Source of the DNA: an uncultured Acidimicrobiaceae bacterium
Lineage (GTDB): Bacteria; Actinomycetota; Acidimicrobiia; Acidimicrobiales; RAAP-2
Assembly (NCBI GenBank): GCA_963850095.1
Contig: CAWKJX010000012.1
Coordinates: 291,737-355,736 of the forward strand
Direction of reading: 5' to 3'
DNA: 64,000 nt
In this document: in pieces, positions 27,988 to 37,438 of the stretch
How the letters are laid out: each line of letters starts with the position of its first letter
Position numbering within the stretch: the stretch's first letter is position 1
Program-made: the position numbers and the translations under genes
The notes under the pieces: generated by a model
Database searches by the model: none
What the model was told of the DNA's origin: nothing
Seen by the model: the letters and a program-made list of their open reading frames with translations, nothing else

Positions 27988-29664
27988 TCATGGCGCGGCG
28001 GACGGCTGAGCCGTGGCATGCCGGGCGGCGACGTAGCCGAAGACCATGGTGTTGGCGATGCTGGCGCCCGGACCGAGGTAGTGGCGGCCCATGACGGTGG
28101 CGGTGCCGTTGCCCGTGGCGTAAAGGCCGGGTATGGGCCGGTCGTCCTGGTCGACCACCTGCGCCTGCTCGCTGGTGACCAGTCCGCCGCAGGTGCCGAT
28201 GTCACCGGGCACGACCTGGACCGCGTAGTACGGAGGCTCGTCGATCGGCCCGAGGCAAGGATGCACCCTCGGATTGGGATCGCCCAGGGCACGGTTGTAG
28301 GCCGACTCGCCGCGCCCGTAGTCGGGATCGACGCCACGGGCGGCGTTCTCGTTGAACCGCTCGACGCTCGCCGACAGGCCGGCGGCGTCGATACCGCACA
28401 GGCTGGCGAGGTCGGCGAGCGTCCAGGCCTGTTTGAGCATGCCGCTCTCGAAAAGCTGACGCGGGAACCGGCCGGGCCGGGAACGCTGGTGCGCATAGCG
28501 CTTCCGGTAGCGGTCGTCGAAGATCAGCCAGCAGGGAACGGCGCGGCTCGTCTTGTCACGGGCGTACATCGCCTTGCCGACCTCCATGTAGGAGTTCGAC
28601 TCGTTCACGAACCGCTGGCCGGCGGCATCGACGTAAATGGTCCGGGGCCGTTGCCGGGCTTGATCGAGGGTGGACTGCCCGAATCGGCCCGTGCGCGGCG
28701 ACGGCAGCCACCAGGCCTCGTCCATCAGGTCGGTCTTGGCGCCGATCCGCATCGCCGCCTGGAGCACCTCGCCGGTGTCGCCGGGGTTGGAGATCGACCA
28801 GCGGGCGCGGTTGGGCTGGTCGCCGCCGAACTGCTGGCGCATCTCGGCATTGTGGGCGAACCCGCCGGACGCCAACAGCACGCCTTGGCGGGCGCGGACG
28901 AGGAACGGCGACCCTTCCCGCACGGTGCGGACCCCGACGACGCGGCCGTCCTCCACGAGCAACTCATCGACGGGGGCGTCAGTCCATATCGGGATCCCCC
29001 GCTCGAGGGCGTTGCGCAACATCTGCCCGATCAGCGACGCGCCGTTCGTGAGCAGCGCCTGTCGGCGGAGTCGTGCCGTGTACGTCCGGGTGACGACCCG
29101 GGCCGAGATGGCGAAAGCGCCGAGGCTGCGGTTGTAGTTGGAGAGCGAGCGCGCCTCGTTCGTCATCACCGCCAGGCCCAGGCTCTTGGCCAGGCCCGCC
29201 TGCATCTTCTCGAGCCATCCGCCGAGCACGCGCCCGTCGAAGGGGACCGGTTCGATCCCCCGCCCGAGGTCGTGGCCGCCCTTGGCGTCGGAGTAGTAGT
29301 CGCTGTAACCCCGGCAGTAGGTGAAGCGCACGCCACACCCTTGGAGGAACGAGACCATGTCGGGCCCGGCCGTCAAGAAGGCGTGCCGACGCTCGAAGGA
29401 CGAGGCTGGTCCGACGTCGCCCACGACGGCCTCGAAGTGGGCCAGGGCGTCCTCGTACGAGTCCGGGACTCCGATGGCCTGCATCACCGGATTGTTCGGG
29501 ACCCATACGATCCCGCCCGACATCGCGGTCGAACCACCGATCAGGGCCTGCTTCTCGAGCACCAGGGCGCTCGCACCCTGTGCGGCCGTGGCCAGCGCCG
29601 CCACCATGCCGCCACCGCCGGACCCGACGATCACGACGTCGACGGTGGAGTCCCACGTCGTCAT
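27988..29664 (-). CDS. FAD-binding dehydrogenase, 3-oxosteroid 1-dehydrogenase (KstD)/fumarate-reductase flavoprotein-like (558 aa)
   Basis: ORF 27988..29664(-). Sequence: DVVIVGSGGGGMVAALATAAQGASALVLEK...GLYATGNGTATVMGRHYLGPGASIANTMVFGY. Confidence 0.8.
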   Translation of the reverse strand: MTTWDSTVDVVIVGSGGGGMVAALATAAQGASALVLEKQALIGGSTAMSGGIVWVPNNPVMQAIGVPDSYEDALAHFEAVVGDVGPASSFERRHAFLTAGPDMVSFLQGCGVRFTYCRGYSDYYSDAKGGHDLGRGIEPVPFDGRVLGGWLEKMQAGLAKSLGLAVMTNEARSLSNYNRSLGAFAISARVVTRTYTARLRRQALLTNGASLIGQMLRNALERGIPIWTDAPVDELLVEDGRVVGVRTVREGSPFLVRARQGVLLASGGFAHNAEMRQQFGGDQPNRARWSISNPGDTGEVLQAAMRIGAKTDLMDEAWWLPSPRTGRFGQSTLDQARQRPRTIYVDAAGQRFVNESNSYMEVGKAMYARDKTSRAVPCWLIFDDRYRKRYAHQRSRPGRFPRQLFESGMLKQAWTLADLASLCGIDAAGLSASVERFNENAARGVDPDYGRGESAYNRALGDPNPRVHPCLGPIDEPPYYAVQVVPGDIGTCGGLVTSEQAQVVDQDDRPIPGLYATGNGTATVMGRHYLGPGASIANTMVFGYVAARHATAQPSAAP

Positions 29665-29866
29665 GTCACGACCTCTCTGACCTCCCCCGAAGCACCTTCA
29701 GCGTCGGAGCAAGCTAGCAGGGTCCGTTGACGATTGCTACGGAACCGAAGTAATCTCCCGGCAACCGTCAACGAGTGAAGCGGGGGGATGATGACCGGCA
29801 GACTCAAGGACGCTTACCTATCCGGCCGAGGGCCTCGGGGCCCCGAAGGATCGTCACCCCGGGCCG

Positions 29867-30964
29867 GTGGTCGATGTCGGGCTCCCCACCGGAACCGAGG
29901 TGTTCTCGGCCGACGATCACATCTCGCTGGCCGAGGACATCTTCTACGAGGGCTTTCCCGACAGCATGAAGGATCAGGCCCCTCGGGTGATGAATGTCGA
30001 CGGCGGATGGGTGCTGGGCCTGGACGGGAAGTCGCTCCTCGTGCCCGAGTTCATTGAGGTGCTCACCCAGTACGACCCGCTCTCGGGATCCCACACGGGG
30101 GACGTCGACGCGCGGCTCGCCGCCCTCGACTCGGAGGGCATCTCACGGGAACTGGCCTTCCCCAACTCGGTCCTCGCCCTGTTCGGCTGGCCGGACCGGG
30201 AGGTCCGTGAGCTCTGCTTCCGGATCTACAACGAGCACATGGCGGAGATCCAGGAGCGCTCGAACAACCGCATTTTCGGCGTCGGCCTCATCAACTGGTG
30301 GGACGCGGAGGGGGCACGGCGGACGCTGGCGGAGCTCAAGGCGCTCGGGCTGAAGACGTTCCTCATGCCCCTCTCTCCCGGGAAGGACCTGGAGAAGCGC
30401 CCGATCGACTACGCCAGCGCGGCGATGGACGGCGTGTGGGAGGCGATCGAAGAGGCGCAGGTCCCGGTCTCGCACCACATCGGCGAGAGTCCTCCCGCGA
30501 CGCCCAACGAGCACAATGCGGTGAGCATCGGGATGTTCCAATCGGTGGCGCCGTTCCGTGACACGTTCGCCAAGTACGTGTTCGGCGGCATCTTGGACCG
30601 GCACCCCGGGCTCAGGATCGGCTGGTTCGAAGGTGGGATCAACTGGGTGCCCTCGGCCCTGCAGGACGCCGACCACATTGCGGCGTCCTTCCGGCACATC
30701 AACGACCTGAAGATCGAGCACGAACCGACGTACTACTGGGACGCCCACATGTGCGCCTCGTTCATGGTCGACCCACTCGGGCTCGCACTCCTGCCCCGCA
30801 TCGGTGTGGACCGGGTCATGTGGTCCACTGACTTCCCCCACAACGAGAGCACCTACGGCTACAGCAACCAGTCGCTGGCCGAGGTGGTGGACGCCGTGGG
30901 CGCGGAGGCGGCCACGGCCATCGTCAGCGGGAACATCAAGCGCTACCTCGGGTTGGACGACTGA
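29867..30964 (+). CDS. amidohydrolase_2 family protein (365 aa)
   Basis: ORF 29867..30964, GTG start. Sequence: FSADDHISLAED...VSHHIGE...WSTDFPHNEST. Confidence 0.8.
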   Translation: MVDVGLPTGTEVFSADDHISLAEDIFYEGFPDSMKDQAPRVMNVDGGWVLGLDGKSLLVPEFIEVLTQYDPLSGSHTGDVDARLAALDSEGISRELAFPNSVLALFGWPDREVRELCFRIYNEHMAEIQERSNNRIFGVGLINWWDAEGARRTLAELKALGLKTFLMPLSPGKDLEKRPIDYASAAMDGVWEAIEEAQVPVSHHIGESPPATPNEHNAVSIGMFQSVAPFRDTFAKYVFGGILDRHPGLRIGWFEGGINWVPSALQDADHIAASFRHINDLKIEHEPTYYWDAHMCASFMVDPLGLALLPRIGVDRVMWSTDFPHNESTYGYSNQSLAEVVDAVGAEAATAIVSGNIKRYLGLDD

Positions 30965-32194
30965 TGCCGGCAGGTCTGATGGCCTCGGTGACACCGACCC
31001 TGATCCCGGCCACGCCGGACCTTGCCCGCATGCGCCGGGAGCGGATGAGCCGGGTGCACGCGGCCATGCGCGAGCAGGGTCTCGACGCGCTCGGTGCTGT
31101 TGGGCAACACCAACGTGGTCTACGCCACGGGGGCGATTTGGCCGCTCGCCGACTCGGGCCGGGCGAACTTCGAACAGCCGGTCGCCGTAGTCCTCGCGGA
31201 CGACGAGTGGCCGCACCTGTTCTCCCCCATGCGTGAGGACGATCGGCTCCTCTCGGACCTCCCCCCGGATCATCTCCACGGCCCGGTCTACCTGGACTTC
31301 GACGAGGGAGTGCAGCTCTTCGCGGCGCAGCTGGCCGAGCTCCTGCCCGCCAACGCCGCCGTCGCCATGGACGAATGGACCAATGCCCTCCGCCGCGAAC
31401 GCTCGATCCTCTTCGCCCACGAGCCGCCCGTCGACGGTGGCCGTGTGATCAGCAAGGCCAAGGCGACGAAGACGCCAGACGAGCTGTCCTGCATGCGGAC
31501 AGGACTGCGGATCACGGAACGGGCCATCGCCGAGGTGCAAGCCCGCATTGCGCCAGGTGTCCGTCAGACCGACCTCACCGCGACCTTCCTCCGCACGATT
31601 TTCGAGGCCGGCGCCGATGCCAACATTCTCGATCCCATTTGGCAGGTGATGCCCCCGAAGATGGCCGATGGGCCATGGACGACGACGGGCGACCTGGCCT
31701 GCCCGCTCCTCACGACAGAGCGCGAGCTCGCCGAAGGGGACGTGCTCTGGGTCGACACCGGCATCAGCTACGGCGGCTTCCACTCCGACTTCGGGCGGAC
31801 CTGGGTCGTGGGACGGGATCCCGATGCCCGGCAGCACGCCCAATTCGAGCGCTGGCAGGCGATCATGTCCGCCGTCCTCGACGTCACCCGGGCCGGGTCG
31901 ACCGCGGCGGACCTGACGGCGGCCGCCATCGACGCCGCCGGAGGCGTCAAGCCCTGGATGCCCCACTTCTATCTCGGGCACGGACTCGGCATCGACAGCG
32001 CGGAAATGCCCTATGTGGGGAGCGATATCGGTGAGGCGTTCGACGCCACGCTCGTGCTCGCCGAGGGGATGGTCCTGGTCCTCGAGCCGATCGTGTGGGA
32101 CGACGGCGCCGCCGGCTACCGCTCCGAAGAGGTGCTCCTCATCACGAGCGACGGGTGGGAACCCATGACCGACTACCCCTACGATCCGTTCTGA
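30964..32194 (+). pseudogene. M24 family (creatinase/Xaa-Pro peptidase fold) protein, one +1 frame break at about 31091-31094
   Basis: The ATG at 30964 (TGATG overlap) gives MPAGLMASVTPTLIPATPDLARMRRERMSRVHAAMREQGLDAL. After one extra G, the continuation VLLGNTNVVYATGA... is ORF 31094..32194. The pita-bread ligand positions look intact: VDTG, HSD, GHGLG, VLEP, SEEV. Confidence 0.75.
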
Positions 32195-32200
32195 GGAGCC

Positions 32201-33334
32201 GTGACGGTTACCGAGGTACTGCCCGACGACGCCCTTCTCCGACGCTCGCGCCGGGAGCGCGTGCTCGCCGCCATGGAGACAGAGGGGATCGACCTGCTCG
32301 TCGTGGGCCGGGAGGCGAACGCTCGCTACGTGTCGGGAGCGCCGCGGCTCTGGATGGCCGGATCGCGCGCGTTCGGTCCCGGCTGCGTGCTCGAACGAGC
32401 CACCGGGGCGGTGCATCTGCTGAGCACCTGGGACGAGGGCATCCCCGAGGACATCCCCCACGAGAACCTGTACGGGATTTCGTTCAACGGCGCCAACTTC
32501 GTGAAGGCGCTCCGGAGGATCGACGGTGCGGCTACGGCTCGGGTGGTGGCCACCGACAGTATGTCGCTCTCCTCCTCGAATCTCCTGCCCAAGGCCTTCC
32601 CGTCGGCCGAGCTGGTCGACGGGGAGCCGATGCTGCGCCGGGTCCGCCGGGTGAAGACGTCCGAGGAGGTGGACGCGATCCGGGCCTCCGTGCGCATCGC
32701 CGAGCGTTCGCTGCACGCAGCGGAGGCGGCGCTCGCGCCCGGCATCACCGAGCGGCAACTCACCGGAGTGTTCATGGAGGCGATGGCCTCGGCCGGCGTC
32801 ACCACCCCCTCCACACAGGACGTTGCATGGGCGACATCGCGCGGACGCTCCTGGCACCGCACCAGCCGCGACGTGCCCGTGCAGGAGGGCGACCTGGTGG
32901 CCTTCGACGCCGGCGTGATCGTCGGCGGCTACGTGGGCGAGCTCGGTCGGACCCACGTCGTCGGGAACGACAGCGGCGTGGCCGCCGAGCTGTTCGCGGC
33001 CTGGGACGAGCTGTGGGACCGCCTCGCCGCGGCATGCCGCCCCGGTGCAGTCGGGTCGGACCTCCTGGCCGCCTACGAGGCCGCCGGGGTCGCTCCCCCA
33101 CCCATGCCGGTGGCACGGGGGCTCGGCCTGGGCTTCGACCTTCCCCTCGTGACCCACGCCCTGCCCGCCGAGGCCGCCGGGCAACGGCTCGAGTCCGGGA
33201 TGGTGCTCGCCCTGAGCGCCTACGTCTGGCAGGACGGCGTCGGCGCCGTCTACGGACAGGAACCGGTCGTCATCACGGCGGATGGTCCGGAGGCCCTCTC
33301 GGCGAGTCCGCTGCGCACTGGAAGGAGCTCTTGA
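32201..33334 (+). CDS. M24 family (creatinase/prolidase fold) protein with degenerate metal-ligand positions (377 aa)
   Basis: ORF 32201..33334. The GTG follows GAGGAG. The N-terminal creatinase-like domain is RRSRRERVLAAMETEGIDLLVVG. The equivalent ligand positions read FDAG, VGE, ARGLG (no His), LALSA (no Glu), GQEP. Confidence 0.75.
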   Translation: MTVTEVLPDDALLRRSRRERVLAAMETEGIDLLVVGREANARYVSGAPRLWMAGSRAFGPGCVLERATGAVHLLSTWDEGIPEDIPHENLYGISFNGANFVKALRRIDGAATARVVATDSMSLSSSNLLPKAFPSAELVDGEPMLRRVRRVKTSEEVDAIRASVRIAERSLHAAEAALAPGITERQLTGVFMEAMASAGVTTPSTQDVAWATSRGRSWHRTSRDVPVQEGDLVAFDAGVIVGGYVGELGRTHVVGNDSGVAAELFAAWDELWDRLAAACRPGAVGSDLLAAYEAAGVAPPPMPVARGLGLGFDLPLVTHALPAEAAGQRLESGMVLALSAYVWQDGVGAVYGQEPVVITADGPEALSASPLRTGRSS

Positions 33335-33335
33335 C

Positions 33336-34307
33336 GTGACCGACGTCGACGTCCCACCGGCCGAGGAGATCATCCTCTACGAGAAGGATCCCAGCACCCG
33401 CATAGCCACGATCACCCTGAACCGGCCCGACCAACTCAACATCCCCACCATTGCCGCCCGCCGGCGCTACGCGGACCTGATCTTCAAGGCGAGCATTGAC
33501 GACGACGTCAAGGTCCTGGTGGTCCGGGGCGTCGGCGACCACCTCGGAACGGGCGCCGACCTCGACGAGCTGATGGCGAAGCAGGCCCAGGGCACGGCGC
33601 TGTACGAGGAGTTCGGTCTCGACGAGGATGACGACGTCACCATGCCACCCGCGCGCTCGTATCGCGCCGGGGCGTCGCTCCTGCACTGGTACGGCAATAC
33701 GAGGTCGGGCTGCCGAAGCCTCCAGGACTTCAAGAAGATCAGCATTCTCGAGGTCAAGGGCTACTGCTACGGCTGGCACTTCTACCAGGCCGGCGATGCC
33801 GACATCGTCATCTCGTCCGACGACGCGCTCTTCGGCCATCCGGCGTTCCGCTATGTCGGCTACGCACCGCGCATGTGGCAGTGGGCGATGATGATGGGCC
33901 TGCGCAAGTTCCAGGAGATGGTGTTCACCGGGCGACCTTTCACCGCGGAGCAGATGTACGACTGCAACTTCGTGAACAGTGTCGTGCCCCGCGATCAGCT
34001 CGAAGCAGAGGTGGAGAAGTACGCCCGCGCCTGTGCGCGCACGCGGCCCACCGACACCGTGTTCATGCAGAAGGTGTTCTTCGAGGTGATGAAGCAGCAG
34101 CAGGGCGAATACATGGGCAGCCTCCTCAGTGCGTGGCTGGAGTCCATGGGTGGCCAGCTCCGCAGTGACGATGACGGCAAGCGGGCCACCCTCAGCCAGG
34201 AGACGATGGACGCCGGCCTGAACTTGGCAGTCAAGGACAACGACAGCTGGTTCCCGCCCGAGTGGCGTCTCAGCCAATCGGGTCGCCGGCGTCCCGAAGA
34301 CGACTGA
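33336..34307 (+). CDS. enoyl-CoA hydratase/isomerase family (323 aa)
   Basis: In frame with ORF 33282..34307. The GTG at 33336 follows GGAAGGAG. Sequence: EIILYEKDPSTRIATITLNRPDQLN...VLVVRGVGDHLGTGADL...EVKGYCYGWHF. Confidence 0.8.
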   Translation: MTDVDVPPAEEIILYEKDPSTRIATITLNRPDQLNIPTIAARRRYADLIFKASIDDDVKVLVVRGVGDHLGTGADLDELMAKQAQGTALYEEFGLDEDDDVTMPPARSYRAGASLLHWYGNTRSGCRSLQDFKKISILEVKGYCYGWHFYQAGDADIVISSDDALFGHPAFRYVGYAPRMWQWAMMMGLRKFQEMVFTGRPFTAEQMYDCNFVNSVVPRDQLEAEVEKYARACARTRPTDTVFMQKVFFEVMKQQQGEYMGSLLSAWLESMGGQLRSDDDGKRATLSQETMDAGLNLAVKDNDSWFPPEWRLSQSGRRRPEDD

Positions 34308-34308
34308 C

Positions 34309-36744
34309 GTGACCCCGGCTCCCTCGGGCGGTCCGGGTGGCGCTCCCCCGTCGGCGCCGCCGCTGGACGGGCTCCGGGTCGTCGATCTGTCGACGTGGAT
34401 CGGAGGCGCGTACTGCACGAAACTGTTGGGCGACGGCGGCGCCGAGGTCATCAAGGTCGAGGAACCCGCCGGTGATCCGTTGCGACAGTGGTCGGCCTCG
34501 GGCGCGGCCATCCCGGCCGGCCGCGATGGCGCTCTCTTCAACTTCCTCGCCGCGTCGAAACGGAGCGTCGTCGTCGATGGGGAGAACGCCGAGGATGTGG
34601 CCTCGCTCCACCAGCTCCTCGCGTCGGGGGACGCCGTCGTCTGGTCCCGTGGATCGACGCTGGCCCAGCAGCCGTCACTGGAGCCACGCGAAATCCTTCG
34701 CCGCCACCCTCACCTGATCGTCTCCTCCATCACCCCGTTCGGCCTCGAGGGGCCGTGGAGCGACAGGGCCGCCACCGAATTCACCCTGCAGGCGTGGTCG
34801 GGAGGGATCGTCGGGCTGGCGCGCGGGCTGCCCGACCGCGCGCCGGTGCACGTCGGTGGTCAAGTCGGCGAATGGCTCTCGGGGGTCTTCGCCGCCATCG
34901 GGACCCTGGCCGCCATCCGTCGCCGAGACCCGAACGGCCAGCTCGTCGACGTGTCGATGCTCGAGGCGCTGGCGATGTGCCTGACCTACTACCCAGTGAC
35001 GTTCAACGACCAGCTTGGGCACCCCATGCGCCGCCGCCGGTTCATCCCGACCCCGGGTGTCGGTGCCGCCAAGGACGGCCTCGTCGGGCTGGGGTGCGGG
35101 ACGGGGCAGCAGTGGCTGGACTTCTGCGTCATGGTCGAGCATCCCGAATGGATGGAGGACCGATCGCTCTTCCTCGACCGGACGAAATTGGCGCCGGTCA
35201 TCGATGCCTGGATCGCGGGACAGACCGTCGACGAGGTGCTCGACCAGGCCTCGGCGTTCCGGATCCCCAACGCGCCCATCGCCAAGGGCTCGAACATCAC
35301 CACGTTCGAGCACTTCGCCGAACGGGGGACGTTCACGGGCAACCTGCGGGACGGTGCGGCCAATCCGGTTCCGCCGTTCCGGTTCGGCTCGGCGCGCCTC
35401 CGCCCGCCCGAGCCCGCCCCCAGCCTCGGAGAGCTACCGGTCGACGGCGCCCTGCCGCGTGAGCGATCGGCCGAGGGCTCTGCCGGCGGTGCGGCAGCGC
35501 TCCCTTTCGAGGGGCTGCGGATCCTCGACATGACCTCCTACTGGGCCGGCCCACTCGCCGGGCACGTGCTGGCGCTCCTCGGGGCCGAGGTGATCCACCT
35601 CGAGTCGGCGGCCCGGCCCGATGGGGCCCGCCTGGTCGGTGGGGTCCCGCAAACGGAGGATCGCTACTGGGAGCGAGGCCCGATCTTTGCCGCGCTCAAC
35701 ACCAACAAGAAGAGCTTGACCATCGACCTCCGCCAGCCACGAGGCATCGATCTGGTGCGTCGCTTCGTCGGAACGTGCGACGTGGTCATTGAGAACTACA
35801 CCCCACGCGTGCTGGACCAACTGGGTCTCGACTACGAGACGCTCCGGGCGGATCGTCCCGACCTGATCATGCTCCGGATGCCGGGGTTCGGTCTCGAGGG
35901 ACCGTGGCGTGACGAGGCGGCCTTTGCCTTCGTGATCGAGGACGCCTCCGGGCTCACGTGGCTGACCGGGCATCCCGATCTCCTTCCGTTCGAGCCGTAT
36001 TGCATCGGTGACCCCAACGCGGGGCTCCACGCGCTCTTCGGGCTGATGCTCGCCCTCGAACACCGTGACCGCACGGGGGAAGGCGGCCTCGTGGAAACCG
36101 CGATGGTCGACGCCGCGGTGAACATCGCCGCCGAGCAACCGATCGAGTTCTCGGCCTACGGGGCGGTCCTGGCCCGCAACGGCAACCGGGGGCCCTGTGC
36201 GGCGCCCCAGAACCTCTACCAGGCGGCCGGGCCGGACGAGGACGGCCGCGACGACGCCTGGGTAGCCATCGCCGTCGCCACCGACGAGCAGTGGCTGTCG
36301 CTCCGCCGGGCACTGGGCGAGCCGGAATGGGCCGCCGACCCTGCCCTGGCGACGGCGGAAGGGCGTCGACGCGACCACGACCGGATCGACGAGTTCCTCG
36401 GAGCCTGGTGTCGCGAGCGGGCGGCGAGCGTGATCGTGGAGAGCCTCTGGCGGGTCGGTGTGCCGGTGGGAAGAGTGGTGCAGCCCCACCGGCAGCCCGA
36501 GCTCCCGCAACTCGAGTCCCGTGACTTCTTCGAAGAGGTGCTCCACCCGGTGATCGGAACGTCGCGCTACAGCACGCTTCCGATGAAGTTCTCGCGCGGG
36601 CCGGCCCACCTGCACCAACGGCACGCGCCGCTTCTCGGGGAGCACAACGAGGAGCTCCTGGGCGGCCTCGGCCTCACCCGGTCGGAGATCGACGCACTCG
36701 AAACGGAGGGGATCATCGGTGGTTCGCTCGTCGCGGATGCCTGA
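34309..36744 (+). CDS. tandem-fused family III CoA-transferase (two CaiB/BaiF-type units in one 811-aa chain)
   Basis: A single uninterrupted ORF 34309..36744. Unit 1 begins LDGLRVVDLSTWIGGAYCTKLLGDGGAEVIKVE. Unit 2 begins FEGLRILDMTSYWAGPLAGHVLALLGAEVIHLE and ends with the usual PLLGEHNEELL. Confidence 0.85.
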   Translation: MTPAPSGGPGGAPPSAPPLDGLRVVDLSTWIGGAYCTKLLGDGGAEVIKVEEPAGDPLRQWSASGAAIPAGRDGALFNFLAASKRSVVVDGENAEDVASLHQLLASGDAVVWSRGSTLAQQPSLEPREILRRHPHLIVSSITPFGLEGPWSDRAATEFTLQAWSGGIVGLARGLPDRAPVHVGGQVGEWLSGVFAAIGTLAAIRRRDPNGQLVDVSMLEALAMCLTYYPVTFNDQLGHPMRRRRFIPTPGVGAAKDGLVGLGCGTGQQWLDFCVMVEHPEWMEDRSLFLDRTKLAPVIDAWIAGQTVDEVLDQASAFRIPNAPIAKGSNITTFEHFAERGTFTGNLRDGAANPVPPFRFGSARLRPPEPAPSLGELPVDGALPRERSAEGSAGGAAALPFEGLRILDMTSYWAGPLAGHVLALLGAEVIHLESAARPDGARLVGGVPQTEDRYWERGPIFAALNTNKKSLTIDLRQPRGIDLVRRFVGTCDVVIENYTPRVLDQLGLDYETLRADRPDLIMLRMPGFGLEGPWRDEAAFAFVIEDASGLTWLTGHPDLLPFEPYCIGDPNAGLHALFGLMLALEHRDRTGEGGLVETAMVDAAVNIAAEQPIEFSAYGAVLARNGNRGPCAAPQNLYQAAGPDEDGRDDAWVAIAVATDEQWLSLRRALGEPEWAADPALATAEGRRRDHDRIDEFLGAWCRERAASVIVESLWRVGVPVGRVVQPHRQPELPQLESRDFFEEVLHPVIGTSRYSTLPMKFSRGPAHLHQRHAPLLGEHNEELLGGLGLTRSEIDALETEGIIGGSLVADA

Positions 36745-37373
36745 GAACGCTTCGACGGGGCCGTATCGTGGGCGGATGGGCTTCCAGGCGGCCCCCTTCG
36801 ACGTCGTCGAGGCGTCGCGTCGCGTCTGGCTGGAGCGCTGGGACCCCGAGGCAGCCTCCGGCATGGCGGTGTTCACCGCGATTCTGCGCTCCTACCAGCT
36901 CCTCAACGACCAGGTGAACCATGTGATGAGGCGACCACGACCTCACGTTCGCCCGTTACGAGGTGCTGGCCTGGCTGGCCACGGACCCCGAATCGTCATT
37001 GACCTTGAGCTGGATCAGCAAGACCCTGCGCATTCCGCCGGCCACGGTCACGGACATCATCGACCGGCTGGAGCACGACAAGCTCGTCCGGCGGGTGCCC
37101 CATCCATCGGACGCCCGCACGACACTCGCCGTGATCACACCGCGAGGCCAACGGGCCGTCACGGACGCCACCCAGGACCTGAACTCGATCGTGTACGAAC
37201 GAATCGGCCTGTCCGAACCGCAGCGAGACCGACTCATCGATCTGCTGGCCGAGTTGCGGGCGAGCGGGAACGAGTTCGACGTCGCACGCTCGAACGAGGT
37301 CATTGAGGAAGTCGGATCGCGTCAGGAGCGCCGGCGCGGGCGGTCCGGCAAGAGCGAAGTCGAGGTGGTGTAG
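36737..37373 (+). pseudogene. MarR family transcriptional regulator, one +1 frame break at about 36935
   Basis: ORF 36719.. gives ...MGFQAAPFDVVEASRRVWLERW...LLNDQVNHVMRR. After an extra C, HDLTFARYEVLAWLATDPESSLTLSWISKTLRIPPATVTDIIDRLEHDKLVRRVPHPSDARTTLAVITPRG follows (ORF 36963..37373). Start is ATG 36737 (8-nt overlap with the upstream gene) or ATG 36776. Confidence 0.7.
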
Positions 37374-37438
37374 GGCACCGAAGAGGGCGAACACCGCCGA
37401 TCCGGTTCGGGCGGGCCGGGGCGGAGACCCTCCCAGAA

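Noticed and set aside
30143-33373. 1076-aa minus-strand ORF. Similar very long ORFs occur at 42819..45200(-), 49317..51575(+), 54782..56485(-), 28018..29730(+) and 7782..10121(-).
   Set aside because: All are Arg/Gly/Pro/Ala-rich with no recognisable motifs. They run antisense or out of frame to genes with clear family signatures. They are stop-poor shadow frames, as expected in about 70% GC DNA.
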